A stretch of DNA of 45,091 bases, taken from Phoronis australis (lineage: Eukaryota; Animalia; Phoronida). The DNA is taken from assembly GCA_002633005.1 (NCBI GenBank), contig NMRA01000121.1:876849-921939 (forward strand), read 5' to 3'. Below the pieces are notes generated by a model that was given only the letters and a program-made list of their open reading frames with translations, was not told where the DNA came from and did not search any database. Below, piece by piece: positions 11,801-24,037 of the stretch (its first letter is position 1; the number at the start of each line of letters is the position of its first letter). The translations under genes were made by a program, and so were the position numbers.

Positions 11801-14800
11801 TGAATGACGCAGATTTTCAAATGGGTCCAATTACTGTNTTTTAGTTTGCAAATCACTCCAAATGCACACACTATCCAGCCTGCTCAAGACGCGGCCTGAC
11901 CACAAGCTATCCCATGAGCCTTCGCGCAGGAAGTAACTCGCACATGCGCAATGCGTAGTTCGTTTGCGCTGCAAATCCGCTATTGCCAAGCCGCTCAGAA
12001 GTTCATTATGAAAATTGGCAGATGTGTTTCTACTGATAAGAGCATGAATGACGCAGATTTTCAAATGGGTCCAATTACTGTGGTGCCCCCTAGTGACATT
12101 TTTGCATTTACAGCTGTATCTCCTAAACCCCTTGCAAGATAATTTTGAATTTTCGCAGTTGTATTCCTATTAACTTGACAGCAGATGGATAGATTCGATT
12201 ACTGCTGTAGTTCGTAATAGCAGTTTGTGTTTTTATGTTTGCCTTTGTATCTTTGGGGTTCTTTGACGGATTTTCATAAAATTTGGAGAGACAACGATAC
12301 CTTCCTATTTTTGGAAGGATTCAATGTATTCTGAGCCATCTAATGGCCATTTTTATGATACAAATAAACACCTCTAGAAGCATACCGTTTGCGGTGCAGA
12401 TGGTGGCGCATTTCAATGCCCCGCTTTGCTCTTGTTTTCAAGGTCACAGCGAACTTGTCTTTAATTCAACCCTCTTTTTACAAAGTAATCTCAATTTTTA
12501 TGCCGCGTTGGGGTCATTTGGTCTCTTCAATTCAAACTGTTGGAATTAACGCTGTTATCAAACTGAAAGTGAAAGTTGTTCTTAGTGTTGTTTGCAATGC
12601 AGTATTACTGGCTTGTTTTATTTCATTGTTAAACAATTCAGTAGTTCATTGACACTGTTTAACATTTAATCACTCATAAATTGATTTTGCTTACTGTCAA
12701 GGTTCTATGCGCTTGTTTTGTGTTATGTCCTTTTGACGTTTTGGACCAAGTGAAATAAAATAAAATTGCCCAAATTAAAAATAATAATTAGGCCAGGTTG
12801 TGCAAAGCTCTTCAAATTACAAAGCACTTTGAAAATCATTACCATGCTATAGTCCTGGTCAATCTTAATCCTTCTCAATTCCCCTGGAGCATACAACGGG
12901 TGCAACTTTTAATCCAACAGATCATTTTGTAAAGTGTCAAGTGCTAAAGTTCCACACCAGTTACCTGACTAGGAAAAATATCCCAAGACCAGCAAAATTT
13001 TGGGCATTGTGGCGTGACTGTGCATTTCTGTTCCAATTTGTGAGTCCAAATCGCATTTTAATAGTGCCAGATAAGTCTTTACTTAACATCCATGCATAAA
13101 TGTGTACAGTGGCTCTACTTGAGGTGACAGTGTAGGTCAGTTGTCGGTTGTTTGACCTCCACACTCCTAGAGACCTGGCCTTGAACACTGCCTACTCTGG
13201 TAGACAATCGAGCATTACGCACATGTCACTTTCCAACCAACACGGCAACGAGGAATTCCGGTATATCGCAACTCCACCTCAACTCCACTTATCTTTCTCA
13301 TCGACTGGCAACACCAGACTTACCTTAGTTCTTTTATTTAAACATCAGGTGGCGTATTTGAAACAAAGTCTCGAACTATTGGATTCGAAGTTAATGAACC
13401 TATCCCACCATTTGCGATGAATAACGTCAGACTGATCAGAGTTTATCTTAGTCAAATTTCTTTTCTGCTATTCCTTTACATGCTATTCTTGATAGTCTTG
13501 TTGAGTCTCTTGTGATTGAGGCTCAACCTCTAGAAACCCTATTAATAATCAGTGGACATGGCTGGGGTTGGGTGGCCCCAGATACATATCCTTTCAACAT
13601 AGAGAACATTACATCATATAGAACAAATAAGTATTTTGAAAATAACTTTTAATGATTGGGGGGATAGTTGGTATGTTATAAAAGGGGGAGAGAGTTTGCG
13701 TTTCCCTCTGAAATGGCTTTGCAAAACTGCACGCTGTTGTCCACCTATTTTGAGAGGAGTTGCCATGACTATTTAAGACCTGGGGTTACCCCTTTCATAG
13801 AGCGGAATGTGAGTTGCGGTGTTGACGGCAAGGCGACAGTAGTTGTCTCCTACTCCTATGAGCTCAGTTTTAATAATGAATCTATAGAACGGGGTGAGTG
13901 AGAACCCGGATGCAACTGAGGTATTTCTGGAGGTATGCATATATATTTAAAAAGATAGATGTTTAATAACTGTATTATTGCATGGTTTCTTGTAAGCCCC
14001 ATACAGTGCCATTTTGAAAACCATTGTTTGAGTTAATGAACCCTTTGTTTTGGTTCTTTAATACCACGAGTTGGCCTTCTCATTGAAACTCAATAGCATT
14101 GTGGATTTAGTGAAGTTTGTTAAATTCTCAATTAGAAGGATTTACCACTGCTTACCTTATAAATTCAAATTTGGCAACTTTGGTTTGGTATAATTTGTGT
14201 GTCTTGTAAGAAGATTCCAGCTGTTGACGGTCGGCTGTAGCACTGGCTTGATGTTTACACATTGTTTCTCTGCAGGATCCCTTTGAAATGAACGTCAAGA
14301 AGAGAGCAAAAGGAACAAGAGACGAACCCACTCTTATACCTTCCATGTATGAAAAACGTTTAGTGGGATGTATATGTAAGTGGAGAATTTTGTTATAGTG
14401 AGACATGTGGAGAGCGATGGTGCTTCAGTTTGTTGCCTCCTCTTGGCTGATCGGCTGCGTACTGTAAAATCTCATCAATTTTGGACAAAATAATTGCCAA
14501 AATTTGTCGATTTTTTTGTCAAAGGCTTCTAAAATGATTATGAATGTCCACAGTTTCTAGAACTATTGTCTAGTGGTAGCTGTGATATAAGTCACAAAAA
14601 ATTTTGCGCTTCTCTTTTATGAAAAAATGAAAAACTGAAATTTCACGGCCATATTGTGTCCTAAATTGGTGAGATTTCAGCTCATTAGTTTGCACGTGTC
14701 AGTCGGTAGACCAAATGTTGTTTTATCAATGTAGCAAGAGAACGGCTTAGACTCGTAACAAGAGGTTGCTCCTGGCCCCTGTTGGTTTTGAGGTTGTTTG

Positions 14801-17369
14801 GTCAAAGGTCATCATCGTCACACTGACATTAACGACAGAAATCTAGTAATTACATTCACGAACTCGAGAGCATGTGGAACTACGTTCTTCAAACTTGGCA
14901 TGACGGTTAAATCTAAATCCCGATGTAAGTGGATGTGTAGGATTGAACATGAGTGTATTGGGCTTGGGCAATAACAGAGGTAATATCCGCATGTGTATTC
15001 GCTCTCAGCCATTTGTGTCCAATGTCACCTTTGACAATTTAGTCGAGAATTCAGCTGCTCATGTGGAAACGGTGGGTCTGACACGTCGTTCATGGTTAAT
15101 TTTTAGGAGTACGCTTGAGCGCTCTTGCAAATTCTCTTGCACTCTGCTCTGGTGCATTTATTCGGGGTTGGAGGGGTACTTGCAGTTTTTGAAAAAGATG
15201 CGATATAGATTCCCCTAGGGTAGAAAGTTTAGCCAAGGTTGAATGAAGGTTGGGACATGTCTTTTGGTGGGTGGTGGGAGGGGCAATAAAAATAGCATTG
15301 GAAACATGTTGCTAGAGAACTGAAAACGATTGCTAGTAACGTATTGTATTTACAATGTCCAACGTTTCGGTGGTAAATCAGTCCGTCATCATCAAGGAAA
15401 TAGAAAACCCGCTAAAGGGCCACCACTAATCAAGAGCAACTGAAAACAGCCTGACACAGGTAACAGCAGTAAATACACAAAGTGTGAGCTCAATAGAGCC
15501 TAGGTTGGTATTGAGTAACTCCTAGCATTCAGCTAAACAATAGCAAGACTCTTTGATGGGCAATCTAAACTTATTCATGCATCACTATGAAGAATGATGG
15601 GATTAGTGTAATCTATTAGATGCCCTGTAAGTACAGAGGGCAGTGCTGTCACTCTCAGAGTGCTCCTTTGCTCATTGACCTAATCTCCTAGTCGTCATGC
15701 CAACATCAAACTGACCACACCGCAATTGAACCTGTATACAACATTAGACCTCTGTTGTATTTAAGTTTGGAGAGCACAGGTAACCTACAAGATGGTTTTA
15801 GTACAATCATCAGTTTTACACCAATTTGTTTAACTGTCTTTTAGTCAACACACTGTTGTTGCCAGTCAAAAACGGAAGAACAAAATAATGCTTTTGTCTC
15901 TCAGGACCATATTCCGTATTGCACGAGTCTGGTTTGACTTTGGTAATACACGATTGCATAAAACTCAATGGATATCCATTATTTATGAGGGTTGTCTTAA
16001 GAAAGGAGGTTTCTTTATCTAATATTCCGATTATGGACTGATTTTCCATGGAAACGTTGGACATAGCATATAGTTATGTAAATACAAGCGTCCTATTTCA
16101 AAATGCTTGTCCATGTTCAAGTTTTGTACCGCAGCTACTATCAGACAAATTTTTGAAAAATTGTGGACATTCACAGCAATGTTAGAAGCCCTTTGAAAAA
16201 TGTTATAACGGCAATTTCGGTAAAAGGTTTTTGTCTGAAAGCAGTAAGATAGTGTTTTTTCTGTATCAAACATCTCCGAATGCTGTTGCATAGAATGGAC
16301 ATTGGGATGAAATTCCAGATGTGTTACTCGAAGGCTAGTTCTGAATGTCCTGTCAATCTACGATTTTGATATGTGTTGATTGACTTTGGGCATCTTGCTT
16401 TATTTCTTTGACTGTATGTGTAGGTCTTTGACTGTATGTGTAGGTCTTTGACTGTATGTGTAGCTCTTTGACTGTATGTGTAGGTCTTTGACTGTATGTG
16501 TAGGTCTTTGACTGTATGTGTAGGTCTTTGACTGTATGTGTAGCTCTTTGACTGTATGTGTAGGTCTTTGACTGTATGTGTAGCTCTTTGACTGTTTTTG
16601 TGTAGGTCTTTGACTATGTGTAGGTCTTTGACTGTATATGTAGGTCATTGACTGTATGTTTAGGTCTTTGACTGTATGTGTAGGTCTTTGACTGTTTTTG
16701 TATAGGTCTTTGACTATGTGTAGGTCTTTGACTGTATGTGTAGGTCATTGACTGCATGTTTAGGTCTTTGACTGTATGTGTAGGTCTTTGACTGTATGTG
16801 TAGGTCTTTGGTGATCTCCATGAATCTCTGTTGACTTGTCCAAGGAGCATAGTCAGAATTTGTTGCGTGGTGAGATTGACTCTCCTGCGACATGGTTGGA
16901 TAGTTGTGTGACGAGTTTGATCTGGTGGGTGATAAGTGTTTGCTAAGCATGTGGGGGGCATTTATTGAATTTGGGCTCTGTTTTAATGAGCTTATGGACT
17001 TTCAAACTATTGTACAGTAAAACTCTGAGTAACTCAATTGTGACTGGACTGAGTCCAAGTGAAAAGAAATACGACTTATCTGAAGGACTTAGGGCACAAA
17101 CTAGAGCACCCATACCATGAAACTTTGAGTTAAGCAAAAGTAGTATTTAAGTGATTTTTTCCGCACTCAAACTTAGGAATTATTGTCGAGTTTGAAATTC
17201 CTACAGTGTAGAATGCTGGTACTCTGTCAATCAAATCTGTCCTTCACTTACAGGTGAAGAAGACGCGACGAGTATCAACTGGATGTACCTACATAAAGGT
17301 GAGCCCAAGCGGTGCGAGTGCGGCTACTGGTTCCAGCTCACAGAGTTAAAGCCGGTAGATTACGCGTAA
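5707..17369 (+). CDS. COX5B: Cytochrome c oxidase subunit 5B, mitochondrial; join(5707..5824,10770..10858,14276..14375,17254..17369), 140 aa
   Basis: Manual splicing gives an open 423-nt CDS: MASLLTRTVAGLARRTTLVYCSRLGSTGAVQTDPQKGKAASDQVTMPDTLGHAVGPERFELLAQLHGNEDPFEMNVKKRAKGTRDEPTLIPSMYEKRLVGCICEEDATSINWMYLHKGEPKRCECGYWFQLTELKPVDYA*. It has an Arg-rich transit peptide and the COX5B zinc ligands GCIC...RCEC. All introns are GT-AG with matching phases. Confidence 0.96.
6292..7096. mobile_element. Probable non-autonomous DNA transposon in COX5B intron 1
   Basis: Motif CC(T/C)AAAGTCGTGA appears twice forward (~6303, ~6319) and twice in reverse (~6878, ~7075); TA at both outer flanks. Confidence 0.5.
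10770..10858 (+). CDS. COX5B: COX5B exon 2
   Basis: ttttctttttcag acceptor; SDQVTMPDTLGHAVGPERFELLAQLHGNE; donor GAG|GTCAGT. Confidence 0.93.
11126..12438 (+). mobile_element. Helentron/pearl(DINE)-like non-autonomous element with degenerate internal tandem repeats
   Basis: Starts at a T-run; GTCC/GTCT-like patch at ~11160-11175; diverged internal repeats (e.g. ctatctcctaaaccc at ~11180 and ~12116; ccct(c)tagtg at ~11293, 11548, 12088); 3' hairpin GGCGCATT-tc-AATGCCCC followed by CTTGTTTT. Confidence 0.55.
14276..14375 (+). CDS. COX5B: COX5B exon 3
   Basis: tttctctgcag acceptor; DPFEMNVKKRAKGTRDEPTLIPSMYEKRLVGCI; donor T|GTAAGT. Confidence 0.95.
15358..15398 (-). ncRNA. Degenerate minimal type I hammerhead ribozyme motif of the Penelope-like element
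   Basis: Minus strand reads TCC-TTGATGA-T-GACGG-actgattta-CCACC-GAAA-CG-TT-GGA; C3 is changed to U and stem II has two mismatches. Confidence 0.5.
16405..16810. repeat. 20-bp minisatellite (~20 copies)
   Basis: Unit GACTGTATGTGTAGGTCTTT; source of the repetitive YTYSQRPTHTVKDLHIQSK ORFs. Confidence 0.97.
17254..17369 (+). CDS. COX5B: COX5B exon 4 (terminal)
   Basis: ccttcacttacag acceptor; CEEDATSINWMYLHKGEPKRCECGYWFQLTELKPVDYA-TAA. Confidence 0.95.
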
Positions 17370-18659
17370 CACCAGCAGGAGACGCCTCTAGTCCACACCT
17401 CTGTCGAAAGAGATATTCTCCGTTTTCCCTCAGGCTAGCCTGTGCTCTGTACCAGCACGTTTAATTAGGTATCATAGTGACTTTGGTTGATTTACTATCT
17501 GATAGATTTATTGTTTGTACATAATATTTATGGAAATCAAGTGTTGTCGTTAAGCATATTTGACTCATTTACTCAAGGTTGTCTCGTTGTTTGTGCGTTT
17601 GAGTGGTGACAAAAATGCTTACCGATACAATTGATCAGCACTTAAATGTCAGTTGCTTGTGTTTCGGTGCTTTTTGTTGAAATATGACACCCAGCAGAAC
17701 TTTTTGTCCACTAAATCATGAACCCGTCTTGCATGTTGTACTTGTGCAGAACTGGTCCCAACTTGTTCTTACTCAGATTAGGAGTTATTTGTGGCTTTGG
17801 AGGCAGTGGCTGGGACTGTGGTCGGCACCTACGGGTAACGTATCCCTCCGCGACTAGCCAACATGTCGAGTGCGGTCTTCAACAGTTCTTCCTCAGTCCA
17901 GACGTCACTTCTAGTCTGGAAGGGGAAGAAGTTGTGACCAGTTTGACACGGGTAAATGGTCTAAATGTAAGCTTACTAAGAGAAGTCTGGTTCACAGCAC
18001 CTTTAAATAGTGGATGATTGGTTTACCAGGTGTTAGTTTTTGAGATAATGGTTGCGCAGTTACATATTGGCTAGCCTCACTTTCCAATTTGCTTTGTGTG
18101 AGAGAGATGTTTTTGTAAAGTTGTGGATGGCATCATTGAACAGTGCTTGTCCAACATAAGCTGTGACTAGGCAACATTGAAATTGTAATTCTAACAAAGC
18201 TTGTTCTGTTGTTATTTAAATTCATTCTCACTGATTAGACACCAGTACCCTGAGCATGCCTAGAGTGAGAGACTGGTCTATCATAGTGAAACTGTGTGAT
18301 TCTCTTATCTGAGTTGTGTAGTATTGTGGGTGTATATTGGGAGTGGAAACTCGGATTTCCAGATTGTGACATGCGCCATCTCCTGCGTCAGCTATTTCAA
18401 CCAATTGCACATGACCAATTAACAACTAGTGTTTTTGATTTATCATTGAGCTTTTCATGAAACTGAAAGATTTTTGCTTCAAAATTCTGCTAGCAATTTT
18501 GCCGTTTGTTATTTGTATATTTCTTGGAAATCAACGCCTCTGCTTAACTGTGGTCTTGTGAAGTTAAAGAATTCCATAACAGGGACATACTCATTATCGA
18601 GACTTAATTTATAAATATCCAGGGATCACAATGTTGTTAATTTGTGTTGTGTGTAATTT

Positions 18660-18665
18660 AATAAA
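18660..18665 (+). terminator. Candidate COX5B polyadenylation signal
   Basis: AATAAA followed ~15-35 nt later by GT-rich ggattgtttcgtgtttgtttgc; implies a ~1.3 kb 3' UTR. Confidence 0.4.
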
Positions 18666-19747
18666 TATTTGGAGGTCTGGATTGTTTCGTGTTTGTTTGC
18701 ACACAGATATTAATTATGATCTGAAAAATACATAACTGACAAAGGTGTGATATGAAACATGGAAATTATTAACCAGGATGTATAGTAAAAAAAATTGTGA
18801 TTGAAGCAAGCTAAATTTAAATGTTTCATGATTTAGTTGTATAAATGAAGATATGGCGTCTGTTATTGCTAACATTATGTCCCAAGACCATGGCTTACTC
18901 CCCTGTCTAGTACAAAGTGTTTTTCATCTTCAACACCATCTGTGCATGCAGAGCAGGGATTTTCTCTTGCCAAGTATATGTCAGTTTCAATCGTCAGTTT
19001 GAATTTGAAAAATTAAAAACAAACAAGCTGGGAAATTAAATCTTATCTAGCAAATTCGTCCACGATTAGTGACTATTTTTGAGATGTTTTGTCTAGACGT
19101 CTGGTATATCTTATAGTTAGATAACTTCCGCCACGACTACTGAGAGCAAGCGGAATTGACCATTAGGGAAGGTTATCCCTCGTTTCTTGCTCGTGTTGAG
19201 ACGAAATTGGTACGAGTACATTCCGTGTGCTGTACAGAAGTTTTATAAAATTAAGCCTGGAACCTTATTTAGTGTCCTCCACTCTTAAGTCTATTATCAA
19301 AAATATGAGGTGTCAACTAGTAGAAAGATATGTTTTTTTGAAAGTAGAAAGATCAGAAAGTATGTTCGTTGCTCTACTGAGACGTTTGTTTTTTCACGAC
19401 AAATACGCTGTCGTATAAAATATATCTTGAACCTAACACGGCTTGCAATTTTCCTCTTTTAAGAGGATTTCCTCTTTTTGGCTTCGAGTTCGTTTTGTTT
19501 GATTTCTAGTTTCCACTTTTTCGTCTCTTGCAATTATTTCGACTTCGTTCACTTAAATTTTACAACACTAAAATATTTCTATTACACAAGCCTATTTATT
19601 TGTGGAACATTACTTCAACGGGTCATTGCAAGCCCTGCTAACATGAAACGATACGAAATTATTTCCATTTTCTATGACGATTTCGATACATCAGGTTGGC
19701 GTTGGGCTGACGTTTTTTAAGTTGGCTATGGATCGCTTTGAATCAAT

Positions 19748-19904
19748 CAGGGGCGGATCCAGGGTTTTGCGTTGGGGAGGGGGCAGGGCAGAGTATTAGC
19801 CAGGATTTTGCCCGTGAGACATTCGCACTCCCGAAGTGTCGAATGGAATATCATTATGGGAGAATTTTAGGGGGGGGCTTGACCCCCCTCTAAATCCGCC
19901 ACTG
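19748..19904. mobile_element. MITE with CAGGGGCGGAT / ATCCGCCACTG termini and 5-bp TSD TCAAT
   Basis: TIRs read directly; TCAAT on both flanks; second copy at 42839-42992. Confidence 0.88.
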
Positions 19905-20959
19905 TCAATCGCTAGCCATCTCCGTCAATGGCAGGAGGCAATTATTGTGATGAAAATTTTGAAGCCACGTAAACCTATCTGTGTTTCACGAAGTGTACTA
20001 AATATTGAGAAGCCAATGAGTTTCAACATGTGCAGAATGTTTCGCCTACACTGCAAGGTACCTAAACTACACGGGTCACGGACTCATCGGCTTCCTGGGT
20101 CAGCTGACATCTCCATTTTGTTGTTGTTCATTAAACCGACCCGCGGGCCGGGGAGCACTCTCTGGAGTACTGCATGGCTAATTAGCTGGAGCCTTGGGAC
20201 CCACACAGTTATAGGCCTAGCCCGTTTCCGAGTCAAGCCCTCATTGTAAAACGTAGACAAAATTGGGGGTTCGGAATTCTGGCCACTGCCGGGATGCCGA
20301 AGCCCGAAAGTTGTGTTGACGTCAATGAAAACCAGGAACCCGTGAGCTGGTATTTGCCGGAAAATTTTGCGACGGTAGGCCCATAGGCTAAGGGGCTGAT
20401 TCCGGTTGGTTAGGTAGTGTGAAACAAAACAATGAGGCTTTGTAATGAGAGATAATGACACAATTTATTTCATGAGCGTGCGTCTCGGACGACATGCGTC
20501 CGAGAGGTCACGGCAAATGTAAAGACAAATGTCTCTGCACGGTCATTCGGGAACGTGTGGATGTCGCTAGCCTGAACAGTGAGCACTGACATCATTCCCT
20601 GTGAGGCGCCCGGGCATGTTCACCCACATGCAGAAAAGGTACATGGGACGTGCCGACGCTCAGATTGGGCGACTTTCAGACCACCAAAGGTCAGTCGCAA
20701 GACTTAAGACAGAGTTGGTCTCACTCTCCGCAAAACTGTTTCTGAAAAATACTTAAATATCGGTCACTTGAGCAAAAGTGCAGTCTGTGCATGTGAGAAT
20801 ATACACATACGGCTACTAGAATACTGAGAAAATTTCTATTAAGTATTTCTAGATTGTGATGCACTCATATATATATTCCTCGGCGAAACCCTGGCAGCAA
20901 TTTTGCACGTAAGACCAAATTTCTGCCAAGTCTACTGAAGTGGCACGTAGCCTAAAGAA

Positions 20960-21205
20960 CGCGAAAAACAGACCAGCTAAATTGCATTGGCCGTCGGTAT
21001 TCAGAGGGGTCTCTATAAGAAGCAAATTGTTCACCAAGTATTTTTAGGATTTGTTTGTTAAGATTTGAATTTCTTTTCGAAAACTGTATTAGGATGAAAG
21101 AGTTAACTGACTTCGTCTGTGTTTCAAAATTAGCAGGAATGCCGGGTAAACTGACGATTTCTTCTAGAAGTTCTTGCAATATTCAAAGTGAATAACTCTC
21201 ACGCG
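20960..21205 (+). repeat. Dispersed repeat, also at ~38660-38880
   Basis: Shared atgaaagagtt..tctgtgtttcaaaa..tctagaa(g/a)ttcttgcaatatt(c/t)aaag(t/c)gaat..ctctcac. Confidence 0.7.
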
Positions 21206-21404
21206 CGCATTCCCAAAGTAGAGTCGCCCAACGCAATACTCAATCCTTACCGTAGAGTGCAATTCGTAGGCGCAGTTGATGCCGACAAAGTATGCGCGAA
21301 ACGTGACTCATCACCAGACTGGTTACGTATTAGCTCTTCAAATGATTATCCTCCGGCCTTATCAATAACATCACACGTCTTCCTGATAAAACTCGGGTCA
21401 TACA

Positions 21405-22379
21405 CAGTGGCGGATACAGGATATCACAATTAAGGGGGGCCAACTTTTTGTCCGGCTGTAAGCATTTGCGCCAACCACGATTGTAGATGCGTAACCCCCC
21501 TCCCAGGAAATTTTTCTATTTTTTCCTCTAAAAATCAAGCATTTTCCTTGATTCCTGAAGTATTATCCAAGAAAAAAAGAACACGGAGAACGTGTCAAAC
21601 AGGAAACATCGCACGTACCACAGACTCGAACTCACGTCCTGGCGGATATAACACGCGTGCTTTACCACTACACCACCACGATTTAACTACGTACTAATCT
21701 TGTGCTAAGAGACCTACTTGTTTATGGTCCACAGCGTTTGCGCGCGAAACCTACTTCTTTTTGTAATGCTTATTACACGTTTTATATTTTGTGCAATTGG
21801 TTCTTAACAAATTTGTTGTATTTAAAATAGTCTTCAAATGCCCAAAAGACCAAATCCGTTTTTCGTGTTGGCAATAATGACGGGATTGCTTTGGAAATGG
21901 TCTTAAGTTAAGGCTTGACAAAGAGAGAATTATGAGTTTCTGAGTGATTCACTAAGGCTTCGGTTAAAACTCACATCTTAACAGCAGTTTCTGTTTTTTC
22001 ATCGTCACTCAGGTTCCATTTTCTTTAAAAAATGAAGTAAATTTTTTTCATTGCACAGTGGAGCAGACGACGGAAACGGAGTCGTAGTGCGCAGCGCCAT
22101 TGCCGGTCGCCTGGGATATCGCGGGAGAGCTTATACTTAGCCATAGTTCCGTCGAATGCGCCGTGTTCCGAATTTGACACTTGAAATTGGATCTGATCCC
22201 CCCCCCAAAAAAATAAAACTGCACACATTTAAATCTTGTTCCATCCATATAATTTTAATTACCGGGGTTCATTAATAAACTCAACATTTCCCTACGCTCT
22301 TGCTGTTTTATTTTTTGCGGCAGCCAAGGTGGAGGGGGGCGGGCACCGCCCTGCCCCCCCCCCCCCCAGGCCGCCTATA
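21405..22379. mobile_element. ~1-kb non-autonomous DNA transposon with GGCGG-type termini, containing a tRNA-like segment
   Basis: Left end CAGTGGCGGATACAGG; right end ...GGCCGCCTAT; right ~180 bp match positions 1-172; TSD not clear. Confidence 0.6.
21614..21680 (-). mobile_element. tRNA-derived (SINE-head-like) segment with Pol III A and B boxes
   Basis: Minus strand: GTGGTGGTGTAGTGGTAAAGCACGCGTG...GGACGTGAGTTCGAGTC; A box TGGTGTAGTGG, B box GTTCGAGTC; no complete cloverleaf. Confidence 0.6.
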
Positions 22380-23289
22380 TAATAGCCATTCTGTTAGCCA
22401 TGTGTTTCTGGACAATTGGCAGCCCGCAGATCGGATTGTTAGCACACTGAGGTGTAATTTAACTATTTCTTGGTCAATTTTTACGGCTTCAAAAACGAAT
22501 TCATGGATAGGGTCTATCAATAATACGCAACAGTAACACCGGTAGGGAACGGTATCTGAAAATGTTTCAGTAAAGTCGTTTCGCAAACGTTGTGATTTGA
22601 GCGATAAGAGCCCAGGCCAAGCCCAATTCGTCATGATGACGTGCGCCAGATGTCGGCATATTTCCAAAAATTTCACCCGTTTGATACGATATGTACAACG
22701 AAATAGTACCGGGTGGTCAGTTTACAGGTCGACTTAGCTCCGCCTTGGCCTCACATCCAGCCGGCTGTGACACCCTCTTAGGAAACTTGCTTTTCAATGG
22801 GAAAATTAGGATACGATTCCTTTTGGGGTTTGGATTCGAACTGAAATGGGGCCATTTAGAAGCATGCTGCGACATCATCGGGACCCCGCGGCGCCGGTCA
22901 GGCTCCGGCGCCAGATAATACGGAGTAAATACGGCCGTTGAACGATGTTGTCGGTTTTCGCCACTATGCGCCGCTCAAGTCAAGTCTCCTGTGTTGAAGA
23001 TACATTCGTGGATTCAACGTGTGTGAAGGATTTCATTGGTGAGTGTATTATTTACGTTTACGGCGAGGGTTTACAAACGACTGAGCCCCATCGCAGTCAT
23101 TTGAAAATGACGATCGGTCACCATCTCAACATACTGACAGTGTTATCGACAATTAGGTGATAATTCAGTTGGCAACTCGCTTCACGCTCGTGGCCCTCAC
23201 TACACCTGAGCTGTTTTTTTTTCATTGCCATTGGCATTGGACGATTGGTGCATTGGTCAGTCTCCAGACGGCCAGTGCCAGTGAGGACG

Positions 23290-24037
23290 GCAGAATGGTA
23301 AATGTTGGCCAAAACCGTTTTGTCCACCTGACGTCAAACGCATGCTGGCGCCCCCAATGGTAGCCTGCTCTTGTAGAGTCTGCAGTTTGTTTACACAACT
23401 GGTAACTCGACTCAGGGTGATGACATCATTTGTATCAAACAAAGATACTCTACCGATATATTTGTTTGTATGCCAGGCCACGGACAGTGCTGTTCTTGAA
23501 TGGAACTATTTACGGACATTTAGGCAAACCTTTGGCAAATGTGAGTCGACTTTGAACAAAAATATACCATGTTGGTCGACATAACTTTCAAAATTTTAAT
23601 GAAAAACAAAATAATGGAATGCCTGGCCACATTCCACTCACAGACAGCAGACGTCTTATCACTGCCGTAAATCGTGAGAAGCTGAAACGTAAACACAACC
23701 TCTGCATACAACGCAGGCAGTCGCAGTACCCGCGGACGCAGGACTCAGTTCAGACACTCAACTGAGCAAAATTATTTATCATGCCGCAACCTCAGAATTC
23801 ACTATATAACATATCACATATACATTCTTAATTCTTAGACTTTGAGGATTGACAAAAGTCACGATACATAGACTTATCCAAATCTATCTGTGACTCATCT
23901 GATGCTACTTGGTACGTACTGATAGGCTAAATCAGTGGTTAACTCGATTTAGGAGTTCTCATGACCTCCACTGGGGGTGCCAGCATGCGTGTGAGGTCAG
24001 TGGATAAAAGGGTTTTGGCCAACATTCACCATTCTGC
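23290..24037. mobile_element. Mutator/MULE-like MITE with ~70-bp TIRs and 9-bp TSD
   Basis: 23290-23360 is the imperfect inverted copy of 23968-24037; flanks GTGAGGACG and GTGGGGACG. Confidence 0.85.

Larger units (their letters stand above)
15350..17200 (-). mobile_element. Decayed Penelope-like retroelement (RT plus GIY-YIG remnant)
   Basis: LYNSLKVHK (LYGLPKxHK-like); DKETSFLKTTLINNGYPLSFMQSCI...FVLPF (Penelope RT thumb/linker); VYRFNC endonuclease remnant; hammerhead-like motif at the 3' end. Confidence 0.8.

Noticed and set aside
16400-16961. Repetitive ORFs (YTYSQRPTHTVKDLHIQSK) as a repeat protein
   Set aside because: They are translations of a 20-bp minisatellite, antisense within a COX5B intron, with no gene structure
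21614-21680. Functional tRNA gene
   Set aside because: A and B boxes are present, but the acceptor and anticodon stems do not form a proper cloverleaf; treated as tRNA-derived repeat
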